A stretch of 50,261 nucleotides of DNA. Source: Asterionella formosa (lineage: Eukaryota). Under the pieces are notes generated by a model. It worked only from the letters and a program-made list of their open reading frames with translations, was not told where the DNA came from and did no database searches. Position numbers and translations under genes: made by a program. This document shows positions 12,024-22,448 of this stretch, piece by piece. The stretch spans positions 1-50,261 of the forward strand of contig NKIB01013862.1 of NCBI GenBank assembly GCA_002256025.1, in the 5' to 3' direction. Each line of letters opens with the position of its first letter. Position 1 is the first letter of the stretch.

Positions 12024-12827
12024 TAGACTACTGGGTAGCACAACATTATCAACAAGTTGTGTATTTTGTTGTCTCAGTAGTAATAGATGCTCAATTTCAC
12101 ATGTGTTTGGAAATCTTCTACAATATAATCATTGGGAAGTGATTGGTGTATTGGGAAATGAAATAGCAATCAGAGAATGGAATATTAAATATTGAACCAA
12201 ATACTGTCAGCAACAGAGGTGCAAGATCAGAAAAAATGCTGGCAAAACACCAATTTTGGTGCAAACATTTCGGCAAAAAAGATTATTATTCTGATATGAA
12301 TAATATGCATATGTCAAGTGTCGATTGTCAGAATGTGTCTGTTAGGCTGTTGATGTCAACAGGTGTCCAAAGCCTAGATGCAGTCTGAGGAATGTCTAAA
12401 CGGAAATAGACAGTACCTGGTACCTAACACCTGGAACCGGTTTTGATATGGCAGAATAATATGCAAACGAGCGGAGCGAGAATGATCTTGACCAGTCATT
12501 TCAGGGCAGTACTGGAGCGCGCAAGGAGGACGACGCGCCATATATTTCAACAAGTCTGTACTGTCTCACTACTTATGGCCGATACCCGTACGTCACCCTT
12601 TCCTTCGAGCTTCCACTGTTTCCATCCTGCTTAGCTTGCAGCATGTGCGGGAACGAGCGCCATAAATTTCAACAGACGGTATTAGCGCCGAGTTTCTCAC
12701 TTTATTTCACCTATCAGCAATAGTGATCGTCATTGTCATTCGCTGCGGAAAACACCGACACTTTATCAGAAACGTATTGTACGAACACCATCTCGTCATC
12801 TCATCATTAGAATTGTTTCAAACAACT

Positions 12828-14681
12828 ATGAGTGAACCACTCAATCATGATCCCAGACCACGAGTGGCTCTGATAGGATGTGGAGCTTCTGGCATGTGTT
12901 TTCTTCATGCTCTTGCAACCCGATTTCAAAAGGAGGCAGGCAATAGAAAGCTTCCATATGTCGTATGCTTTGAACGGGCAACTGAGCCTGGTGGGTGTTG
13001 GAGATCGACGCCAATGGAGGAACGACAGCAGGTTCACAACGTCGCTTGTTGGTATGATGAAGTTTGGCTGAACGTTTCGAAGGAATGCCTAGAATTTGCT
13101 GATTACACATTCGAAGAGCACTTCAAAGGGAATAGGATGCCCGTTTTCTTGTCGAAAAAGGACGCTATGGGATATTTTTTGAGAAGAACAATGACAGTCG
13201 ATCAACATTTGTACGAGGAACGAGCTTCCTGTGACACAATGAATTCTCGAACGCACGAAATCAGGTTCGGAACGGTCGTCACCTCAGTCATCTACGACGA
13301 TGAGATCGATGAATTTGTCGTAAAATCAGCTCCTTTTGAACCAAATGCTAGTACTGATCATGTATATGAAGAGTCGCAAATAGAGCACTTTGATTATTGT
13401 ATATGGTCTGCTGGGATTCGAGGGAAACCGAGGATACCACGGGCGGTGCTAAATGTACTGCGGACTGGAGGTCAGAATCTTGATGAACGTGATCCTGATA
13501 CCGAGCCGACCCCGTTCTCTGGGACGATTCTTCACTCCATCCACCAAGCAAGTCCGACATTCACCGACGCCATAGTGGGAAAGTGTATTGTTTTGATCGG
13601 AGATTCCAACTCAGCTGAAGATTTGGCTTTGCACGCTATCAAAATCGGTGTAGACAAGGTCCACGTCCTGAGTCGATCTGGTTACGGCGATTGTGTTTAC
13701 ATGGGTTCTTGGCCAAAATCAAGGGATGAAATAACCGGAGAGATACGGTCTAAGGTCGAAGTACACATTGCATTACCATACATGATATTTGATGATGGGC
13801 GATCCTTACGTTGCAATCAAACCAGGTGGAATGATATGGAAGGGGTTTATGAGCTTTCCGATAATTCGGTTCCAGTGACCATTCGGGACGTCGACACTAT
13901 CATCTTTTGTACGGGATACGTTCCGAATTATGACTTTCTGCAAAAAGAACTTCGAATCACATCTGATGATCTATACTCTTGGTCCTGGTCTACACCTCCA
14001 GACTTCAAGATGAAGCCGAACTCATTCACTGCAGATCTTGGAGACGTGAAGCCAAGTTCAGAACTGAGCTTGAGTGGCAATATTGTCCCTGGTATTTACA
14101 GAACTTTATTGATCTCGAATCCTAGAATGATGTACATTCTTGACCTAGGTTCCGAGTATCCCCTTCTTCGGCTGGAGTCCCTCGCTTGGCTCTGCCTCGC
14201 TTACATTACCGGAGACGCCAAGACACTTTCGGTCGACGAGATGGAAGAAAACATCAAGCGACAAATGATGGATGAAATGAACATCGCATATCTTCGATGG
14301 AGTATGGACCGCAACTACTTCGATGCCATGTTTATGTTGGGCGATGATCATTGGAGTGATGACCGAGATGATCCTCGTTGCGCTCAAGAAAATCGTGAGT
14401 TTTATAGGTATTACATGTCAATCATTGCTCGCGATTTCAGGGATTCGCACTATCCAGTGGATTTCGGAACGTATGAAGGGCTCAACGAGAATGGAAACAT
14501 GCTGCTTGATCTCGGTGTACTCAACATCACGATGAGACACCTTCTCAAGGAAGATTCACCCGACACGGATTGGAAAACATTTCGAGACGTAGACCCCACC
14601 CCATTTCGAAGCATCCATAGTAGCCAGCAAGCTTGTTCTTTCTCAAAGCACTGGCTCGATTTAGCCGATAACGAATCATGA
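12828..14681 (+). CDS. Flavin-containing monooxygenase resembling bacterial trimethylamine monooxygenase (Tmm/bFMO)
   Basis: FAD motif RVALIGCGASG, then VVCFER..PGGCW, WLNVSKECLEFADYTFEEHF, FMO-like FSGTILHS, NADP motif LIGDSNSAED and IIFCTGY. ATG at 12828; intronless, 617 aa. Confidence 0.88.
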   Translation: MSEPLNHDPRPRVALIGCGASGMCFLHALATRFQKEAGNRKLPYVVCFERATEPGGCWRSTPMEERQQVHNVACWYDEVWLNVSKECLEFADYTFEEHFKGNRMPVFLSKKDAMGYFLRRTMTVDQHLYEERASCDTMNSRTHEIRFGTVVTSVIYDDEIDEFVVKSAPFEPNASTDHVYEESQIEHFDYCIWSAGIRGKPRIPRAVLNVLRTGGQNLDERDPDTEPTPFSGTILHSIHQASPTFTDAIVGKCIVLIGDSNSAEDLALHAIKIGVDKVHVLSRSGYGDCVYMGSWPKSRDEITGEIRSKVEVHIALPYMIFDDGRSLRCNQTRWNDMEGVYELSDNSVPVTIRDVDTIIFCTGYVPNYDFLQKELRITSDDLYSWSWSTPPDFKMKPNSFTADLGDVKPSSELSLSGNIVPGIYRTLLISNPRMMYILDLGSEYPLLRLESLAWLCLAYITGDAKTLSVDEMEENIKRQMMDEMNIAYLRWSMDRNYFDAMFMLGDDHWSDDRDDPRCAQENREFYRYYMSIIARDFRDSHYPVDFGTYEGLNENGNMLLDLGVLNITMRHLLKEDSPDTDWKTFRDVDPTPFRSIHSSQQACSFSKHWLDLADNES

Positions 14682-15455
14682 AGGACTGATTACGTCGGTT
14701 GGTAATCCCTCTTAAAAAATGTGCCTAACTCCAAGCTACAATTCCATTCTCATGAAAGGAGAGATTTCATGCATGGTGGTCACTCCCTATTTGAAAAAGT
14801 GTGACCACAGTCCAGATCTCGAGGGAATCACTTATTTGGAGCAAGCTGACCACAATACTTTTCTCAGATTTATAACTGGACATCAAAATATCACTTCTTA
14901 AGTAGAAACGTCATAATCATTGTCCAGTTATTCGCCAATTAAATGCAACGCGGGCAATCAGATGTCTTGCCGAATTCTTCAAGGCACAAGGCTGACCAGA
15001 CAAAGACGCAACAGCTCAGAACATCGTATTTCGACTGCAAAACAGTTTGTATAAGCCACTACACTAGCTATGTATTTCGAAGCCATTAAACTAATCGACG
15101 TAATTAATTTTTCAAGCTTTTCTCGTTTTCTAATAGCTGGAAACAGCAGTTAACAGGCCAATAGACTCGGGAAAGTCTGATAACCTCGCGACAGATTTAT
15201 AAAATACAAGTGATACAGACTCATCAATCACATCCAGGCTTTCCAGATGTAAAATTTCTGAAGGGATTGTCAATCAAAACAGGGTTCCATTTTTTGAAAA
15301 ATTTCTCCAATGTTTGATTTACTATGTTTGTAGCTTGACCGCAAATACACATGCGAACACTTTTTGAACGGGCAAATATAAAGATTCTCACAAGAACATA
15401 AAACGAGCACCCATGAAAGACAGAATTATCCAAGCAGTACGGTGGGTCAGGGATT

Positions 15456-16499
15456 TCACGACGTATCATTGCCGGCACCGCTGTGGTTTGATACGGTACT
15501 GAAGCGACTGCATTCAGAATACGTCAAACTATCATTCTCCCCCATTACCTTTTCGGTTGGCTTCGCTGCCGGTAGGTATCCCGAAGAAACGCTGACGGTA
15601 ACGTCAGATTTATTATCGAAATCATCGTCTAGCTCTTCGCCGTAAAGCCAGTCTCCACCCCATCCCCCGAAAAAGTCTTGAAGAGGCTTCGGTAATATAG
15701 GCTCAGTGTCTACAATAACTCCACATAATGATCCCTGTGTTCCTTCTAATAACCGAACAACGTGAGGGTTGATTGCATTTTCCTTACATCTTATGAAAAC
15801 ATTCGGCGGAATCTGTCCATTCCACTCGTCCAAGAGGTACTGAAGAGCCGGAATACCGTTGGGTGAAGCCGCTCCACTTTGGCATGCATAGTACAATGGT
15901 GTGCAGTTGAAGGCGTCCTCCAGTTTCCAGTTATGACCGATCTCTCCGAATTTTCTCAAAACCATTAAATCACCTTTCTTTGCAGCTGACCAGGGATCGT
16001 CAGTACAAAGGCCGTCATCCTGCGCTATGGGGCGCCCACAAGGGCTTGTTGCGAGTTGATACCCAGGAATCAGCAGCGACATGCATTCGTCAAACGGTGT
16101 ATCACTGTCATTTTGGTATTCAATCTTGGGAAGGATGCATTCTACGCCATCCCCAGCTGTGCTTTGGTTTCGGCTTTCACAAATGTAATCGTCCCGACCA
16201 TCGTCAAAAACGGGTTCTTTGCATTCGACCTGGATCAATGATTCAATCGGAAAGACAGGGTCGCCAGCAGTATCGCTCGATGCATATTCTTTGCGGCGTC
16301 TTCCATGAAAGAAGCGCATCAGGCCTCGATGCTTCTTGTTATGTTTTGGCTTTGTAGGAGAAGGGTACGCTCCTTCCAGTGATTGCTCTCCACTCGACAT
16401 GCTATCCTCCAACGATACCAATCTCGGCACCGCGCAACATTCGAACGCTTCTTGCTCGTGCGAGGACTTCCATCCGAGCACAACAGAGGAATATTCCAT
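15456..16499 (-). CDS. Ankyrin-repeat-containing protein of unknown function
   Basis: 347-aa ATG-started ORF; central PWSAAKKGDLMVL...EDAFNCTPLYYACQSG..ALQYLL fits an ankyrin pair; flanks are acidic and probably disordered. Confidence 0.7.
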   Translation of the reverse strand: MEYSSVVLGWKSSHEQEAFECCAVPRLVSLEDSMSSGEQSLEGAYPSPTKPKHNKKHRGLMRFFHGRRRKEYASSDTAGDPVFPIESLIQVECKEPVFDDGRDDYICESRNQSTAGDGVECILPKIEYQNDSDTPFDECMSLLIPGYQLATSPCGRPIAQDDGLCTDDPWSAAKKGDLMVLRKFGEIGHNWKLEDAFNCTPLYYACQSGAASPNGIPALQYLLDEWNGQIPPNVFIRCKENAINPHVVRLLEGTQGSLCGVIVDTEPILPKPLQDFFGGWGGDWLYGEELDDDFDNKSDVTVSVSSGYLPAAKPTEKVMGENDSLTYSECSRFSTVSNHSGAGNDTS

Positions 16500-16856
16500 G
16501 CCTTCTGATGTCGATGTTTGACGAGGAAGTTAAAGCATAGAGTTCGGTCAACACAGTATATGAACACACCGGTTGACTTTGTGACAGGGTCAGTAGATAC
16601 AAAAAAGAATGAAGATGAGCGAAGTGCTCTTCATCACATGTCGGTGTGTGCGTTGAACGAATCAGGTCGGCAGGAGTTTTGAACCGCCTGGCAGGCGTTC
16701 TAATGGAAGAAAATGCTTCTATGTATCGTCAATACATATGAATTAGGACCATGCAAATTGTACAAGCCAATCGTCATCTTCTTGTTCAACGGAAGCTACG
16801 ACGGCGTACTTACTGTATCTGCTGGCTATGTACGGAGTATTATTCAATAGCTCCCG

Positions 16857-16874
16857 GTACCTGGTACCAGGTAC
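16857..16874. repeat. 18-bp perfect palindrome gtacctggtaccaggtac (TACCAGG-type cluster)
   Basis: Self-complementary; lies 2 bp before the Copia target-site duplication. Confidence 0.9.
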
Positions 16875-16882
16875 TAGGAGTA

Positions 16883-17190
16883 TGTCAAGAATATTAGCCC
16901 AAGTCACAAGGATTGTGGACTCGATTGTAATCGAAAAAGTTGAATATTGCATTGCCACGTCAATCAGCTGTCTAACGAGATCAAAGATTGAAGATTTCTA
17001 TGGAAATGTCAAGTGGAAACTTGAAGAGAGTCTTAGAACGACTTTGCAGGAAGCAAAGGAAACATTTAGTTTGGCTTATAATTTAATTTGAGTTTAGATT
17101 ATCAACTGAGGAAACAGTGCGTTAATTGACAGGAAAGTCAATTAGTAGTCTATCTCGCAGGAAGGCTAGAAGCAGAGACAAGATAGAAAG
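16883..17190 (+). repeat. Copia 5' LTR, truncated
   Basis: Aligns with 21682-21999 (12-bp indel atgcatggaaag plus substitutions), then runs directly into gag-like SGVRLPTFDGTDAKWHVWKAKF with no U5 end, PBS or ATG. Confidence 0.85.
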
Positions 17191-17195
17191 CATCA

Positions 17196-20100
17196 GGAGT
17201 GCGGTTGCCAACATTTGATGGTACTGATGCCAAGTGGCATGTTTGGAAAGCGAAGTTTGTGGCCTAAGTGGAGTTGAAGTATCACCAGGTGAGAGAGATT
17301 CAGCTGGATTGAAGATTGTCCCGAGCAACAACGATGAGAAGCATGCAAAAAGAAATAATACGGTTGCCTATGCGAGTTTGATTATGGCATGTCAGAGTGG
17401 ACCATTTGGATATGTAAACAATGGTGCCAGAGCGAGGTGAAGAGTTTCCCAATGGAAATGCGAAGGAAGCGTGGGACAAGCAAGAAGTTAGTGTCTACGT
17501 ATGAGTCAAGTAATATGGCAAATGTGATTGCCTTGTCAGGTCAGTGGACAAAATGCACGATTAACGAGAATGAGAACCCCGACATTTGGTTTGTGGAGTT
17601 GGATAGAATTCGAGAACAATTGAGCCGTACGAGCTCCGCAATTTCGGATGGTAGTGCCTATGTGGCCCATGTTATCAACAACCTACAGGAAGTCTACAAG
17701 AGTTTGGTGGTTGGAAAATTTGGTCTCGCGAGCTCCGAGCTCACAATCCAAGAGGTCAAGAAGAATGTACACTACTACTATTACGATTTGTATGTGCATG
17801 ACGAAACCAAGACGAATAAGAATGGCGAGCAGGCCTTCTTGTCAAAGAGCAAGTTTAAGGGAGACTGCAAGAAGTGTGGCAAGTATGGCCACAAGGCAGT
17901 AGAGTGCCAAAGCAAGGGCAATACTACAGAAAAGAGAGAAATAACTCCCAAGCAACGAAATAAGAGAAAGAAATTGAAGTGTTATAATTGCCAGAAGATG
18001 GGGCACTATGCCAGTGAGTGCAACAATCAACAAAATGCACCAATCAATCAGAAGGGAGAAGATGCCAATACCACTACGCAAGGAATGTTCGTGGTGACAT
18101 GTATTGAGGCAAGGTACAACGAATAGGTAAATCATATGTGCGTGCATAAGGACCGTTGGCTACTAGATAGTGGTGCTATGGTACATATCATGTGCAAAGA
18201 TGAGCGCATCATGGAGGACAAGCACACAGTGCGTGAAACTGTTCTTGTGGGAAATGGCGCAGCAATTGTTGCGACCGTATCAGGCAAGGTGGCCCTTACG
18301 ACAACAAAAAAAGGAAAAGTGTTGAAACTCACCAATGTGCTCTATGCACCGGAGTTCAAACAGAACATCATCAGCATTTCGAGAATTATTGACAAGGGAA
18401 ATAAAGTTATGTTTGACAATGATAAGATGACGATCAGAAACAACAACGGATTTTTGATCTGCAAACGTGATGAAACAAGGACAATTGGCGCAATGTACCA
18501 TTTTCACACCTATTCTAAAGGAAATGGTGTTGGAGGTTGAACAAGCAAGCGAGGAGCCAACACAACAATCTATCGACTATGATAAAAAAAGACAAGAGTG
18601 AATGGACGAAAGTCGACGTAAAGAAGAAAACGACGAAAGCGATTAGTGAAACAATCGAGAAAAGAATCTTGAACGAAAATAATGATGCGATTGTGGAAAA
18701 AAATGAAGCGCATGAAAGCAATGCTCGGACATCTGGGAGAAAAATGTCTTCGTGAGACATCGAAATTATTTGGGTGGAAACTCGCGGGAAATTTAAAGGT
18801 GTGCGCAGGATGCGCAGTAGCCAAGGCGAAAGCACGCGCAGTACCCAAGATGACTCAAGATAAGGCTGCGACACCAGGAGAAAGACTGTTTGTTGATATT
18901 AGCGGACCCTACGCAAAATCCGCTGTGGTAAATCAGTATTGGGTGATGGCTGTGGACGATTATAGAAGAAGGAAACGCTGGAGTTATTTTTCAAGAAGAA
19001 ACGTGATATCGGAACTGTCATTGACACGTTACTTACAAAACTTGCTGGTGAAGGACACAAGACTAAATTTGTCTGATGAGATGACGCAGGTGAGAACTCC
19101 AAGCAACTAAAGAAAGTAGATGAAAACCCAGGTGTCAAGATGGAATATACGGCAACTCATACTCCACAGCACAATAGTGTGGTGGAACGTGGTTTTGTTA
19201 CAGTGCGTCAGAGAGGAGCACTCGCTATGATGCTAAGTGCGAAGTTTACAGATGAATATCAGGGGCTTTTGTGGGCAGTAGTGGTACATACTGCGAAAAG
19301 ATTAACGAACAGTACAGTGAAGACAATATAGTGAATAAGAAGAGTCCTGATGATGTGTTCTATGGAGAAACGAATACAAGGCGGCCCTACAAGCTCTACA
19401 GACAATTTGGACGTGTTGGTTGGGTTACAATAAGAGAAGGTGTCAAGAAATTAGATGCACGTTCCATCAAGTGTGTCTTTTTGGGATACTCAGATGACCA
19501 CTCTCAAGATACGTATCGCATGTATAATCACGAGACAAATACTGTGGTCAACACATGTGACGTAAAGTGGAGTGAGTGGCATGGAAAAAACATACCAACG
19601 GGTGGACTAGAGAAAATGTTCAAACCAGTCACCAACCAACAGGCAGGAAACAGAGATATCAGTACGAGAAGATAATGAAGAATTGCATGACGATTTTTAT
19701 GACGAGTTCGAACCTCGAGAAGTGTCCAATAATGAAGATGAAGATGATGACAAGCAAAATTTGGGGAGGAAAACTGAACAATCAACTACGATAGATAGTA
19801 CTACGAAATACGAAGATACAGGTACCAATACCCCAATTGTGAAGACTAAACGTGCAAAAAGTGCTCAGTCTAAGCAAGCGAAGTTGGATGTGAAATGCGA
19901 AGATTGGACTAATCGTTCAATCCTCTGAGTACGAAAATTGTAAAAATTTCAGGAGATACTGAGATGCCTAGTGTTATCGAGGAGGATGACATGAAGGAAG
20001 TTACAAAGAATACAGAGGTGAATTTTGTGTGTAACGCAAGTCTGGCTTCGCTCTGATCCAGGAATACCAGCAAGAAGCTACAATGAAGCAATGGCAAGAC

Positions 20101-21640
20101 CAGACAAGAAAGAGTGGATCAAGGCGATCAACAAAGAATATGAAAACTTCCAGTCGAGAGGAGTGTGGAAAGTTGTCAATCGTGACACAGTTAAGAAGCG
20201 AAGACTAAAAACGAGGTGGGTGTTTCGAATTAAAGAAGATTTGTTAACAGGGAAGACCATTTGCAAGGCAAGATTGGTCGTGAAGGGATATGAGCAAATC
20301 CCAGGTGTCGATTTTACTGAGAAATTTGCTCCAGTTGCAAGCGATGCAACAATCAAAACGGTATGAGCAGTGACAATGTACAACGGTTGGCAAGCGGAGG
20401 CCATTGATGTGGAAGCAGCATTCCTAAATGCTGACGTCGATGAGGACATTTATATTGAGCCCCCTCAACAAGGTTTGATTGGAGTCGATTCCGATACACA
20501 TGTTTGCAAGCTTTTGAAGGCTATGTACGGGATAGTACAAGAAGCTCCACAATGCTGGTCCAAGATGTTTGCGAAATGTGTCACCAATAAACCAGGTATG
20601 ACGAAGAGCAAGATTGACCCTATGTTTTTTATGCACCGGAACAAGGATGGACAATTTGATGGTCTACTTGTTAATTACGTGGATGACGGTATTGTATGTG
20701 GGACTCCAAGTGCATCGGAGTATATGAAAAATGTCATGAAGGAAGATTTCAATATTGCCGAGCAGGTTTTTCTACAGAAACACCTAGGAGTGGAATATGC
20801 TTGGAAACAGGACGAGTATGGTGAATACTGGGAGGTGCAGAGAAATTTCGTATGCAACTTCTACACAAATACGAGAAGTTAACCGGTATGAAAGTTAAGT
20901 TGTATGCAACGCCGGGCATACAAGGAAATACATTGAACACCAAGAATGACAGTGAAGTCATTATGGAAGGAGAATATCGAAAAATTGTGGGCAAGTTACT
21001 ATGGTCTACAAATAAGGATTTGCCGGACTGTGCAAATGCGGTTCGGGAATTATCGGCTCATTTGAGCTGCCCAGGTGAAGAACAGTGGCATGCAGTGGCA
21101 AGAGTCATTGGTTACCTATCCAATATGGAGGGTAGAGTTCTCGAGTTGTTTAAGCCAAAAGAGTTAAGAGTCATTGCCGACGTGGACAGTGACTGGGCTG
21201 CTAATAATGTTACTAACAGGAAGAGCATGACTGGCTATCTTGTTACTATTGGCGGGGCACTTATCACTTGGCAGTCGAAAGGACAAGAAACGGTTATGCT
21301 GTCCAGCACGGAAACCAAGTATGTGGCAATGTCCCAGTGTGGACAAGAGATCAAGTTCATGGCAATGCTACTGAATGAGGTTACTGGTGGTAAGGTCATG
21401 TTACCAAGTATCCTACGAGAAGACAATGCAGATGCTATTTTTATCGCGAAGAATCAGGAAATCGGAACCAGGACAAAACACATTGATATTAAGTATCATC
21501 ATGAAAAGGACATGATTGGTGAGGATGAAAAATTGGAAGTCATTTTTATAAGGTCAGAAGATAATTTTGGTACATTATGACTAAGAACGTTAAGGAACAG
21601 ATTCACACAAGATTGTCAGAACCAGTTCAGAGTGGAACAA
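17196..21640 (+). pseudogene. Copia gag-pol, disrupted by many frameshifts and stops
   Basis: Two CCHC knuckles (CKKCGKYGHKAVEC, CYNCQKMGHYASEC), protease WLLDSGA, integrase LGH..CAGC..LFVDISGP..PQHNSVVER, RT KARLVVKGYEQIPGVDF/IDVEAAFLNA/YVDD, RNase H DSDWA..SSTETKY..EDN..RTKHIDIKYH. Confidence 0.95.
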
Positions 21641-21681
21641 TGTTACAGCTTCTTGAGCATGCGTCGTGGCAATGGGGAGGA

Positions 21682-22086
21682 TGTCAAGATTATTAGCCCG
21701 AGTTGCAAGGATTGTGGACTCGATTGTAATCAAACGAGTTGAATATTGGATTGTCACATCAATCAGCTGTCTAACGAGATCAAAGATTGAAGATTTCTAT
21801 GGAAATGTCAAGTGGAAACTTGAAGAGAGTCTTAGAACGACTTTGCAGGAAGCAAAGATGCATGGAAAGGAAACATTTAGTTTAGCTTCTAATTTAATTT
21901 GAGTTTTAGAACATCAACTGAGGAAACAGTGTGTTAATTGACAGGAAGGTCAATTAGTCTATCTAGCAGGAAGGCTAGAAGCAGAGACAAGAGAGAAAGT
22001 AAGTGGTACTAGGTAGTACTACGAGTAGTATGAGTCTACGTGAAGTGAGACCCAGCCCGTGGGAAGGAGTACGGACCATTTCAACA
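21682..22086 (+). repeat. Copia 3' LTR (405 bp)
   Basis: TG...CA, preceded by a PPT and followed by GGAGT; first ~318 bp homologous to the 5' LTR. Confidence 0.8.
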
Positions 22087-22106
22087 GGAGTCCCGGTACT
22101 AGGTTT

Positions 22107-22201
22107 CAGCAAGTTGCGGTCATTTTGCTTAAACTAACATTTTGATCTCGGATAAAGAAAGCTAAATCTTTTATTTTGAGCAAATTTACCGCAACTTGCA
22201 G
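22107..22201. mobile_element. ~95-bp MITE, copy 1
   Basis: TIRs cagcaagttgcggt / accgcaacttgcag with an AT-rich interior; homologous to 33238-33331 in the opposite orientation. Confidence 0.85.
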
Positions 22202-22257
22202 GTTGTCTACCGGCAATTCATAAATAGCAAGTACTGATACGGGTACCTGGTAGGTAG

Positions 22258-22448
22258 TGAAGTATCTAACTAGAAGTAGTAGTATTTATTGAATATATGA
22301 GCTTATTAATTAATCCTTATGTATAACTCATTTCCTGAACTGACATCAAAGTATAGAATGGGTTAGCCGAGTTCTCATTATTGAATTCCGATATATTTGA
22401 TGTAACCCCAACCCTATATACCTCTGTATCGATGTGCAGGATTGCTCA
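22258..22448 (-). repeat. Gypsy 3' LTR (191 bp)
   Basis: Direct repeat of 25338-25532 with a few substitutions and small indels. Confidence 0.95.

Larger units (their letters stand above)
16883..22086 (+). mobile_element. Ty1/Copia LTR retrotransposon, near full length, inactivated
   Basis: Two LTRs starting TGTCAAG; PPT ggcaatggggagga before 21682; 3' LTR ends tttcaaCA at 22086; GGAGT at 16877-16881 and 22087-22091. Domain order gag-PR-IN-RT-RH. Confidence 0.95.

Noticed and set aside
17200..17230. ttgccaaCA + tggtac as Copia LTR end and PBS
   Set aside because: The stretch translates as the gag N-terminal RLPTFDGTDAKW and is absent from the 3' LTR.
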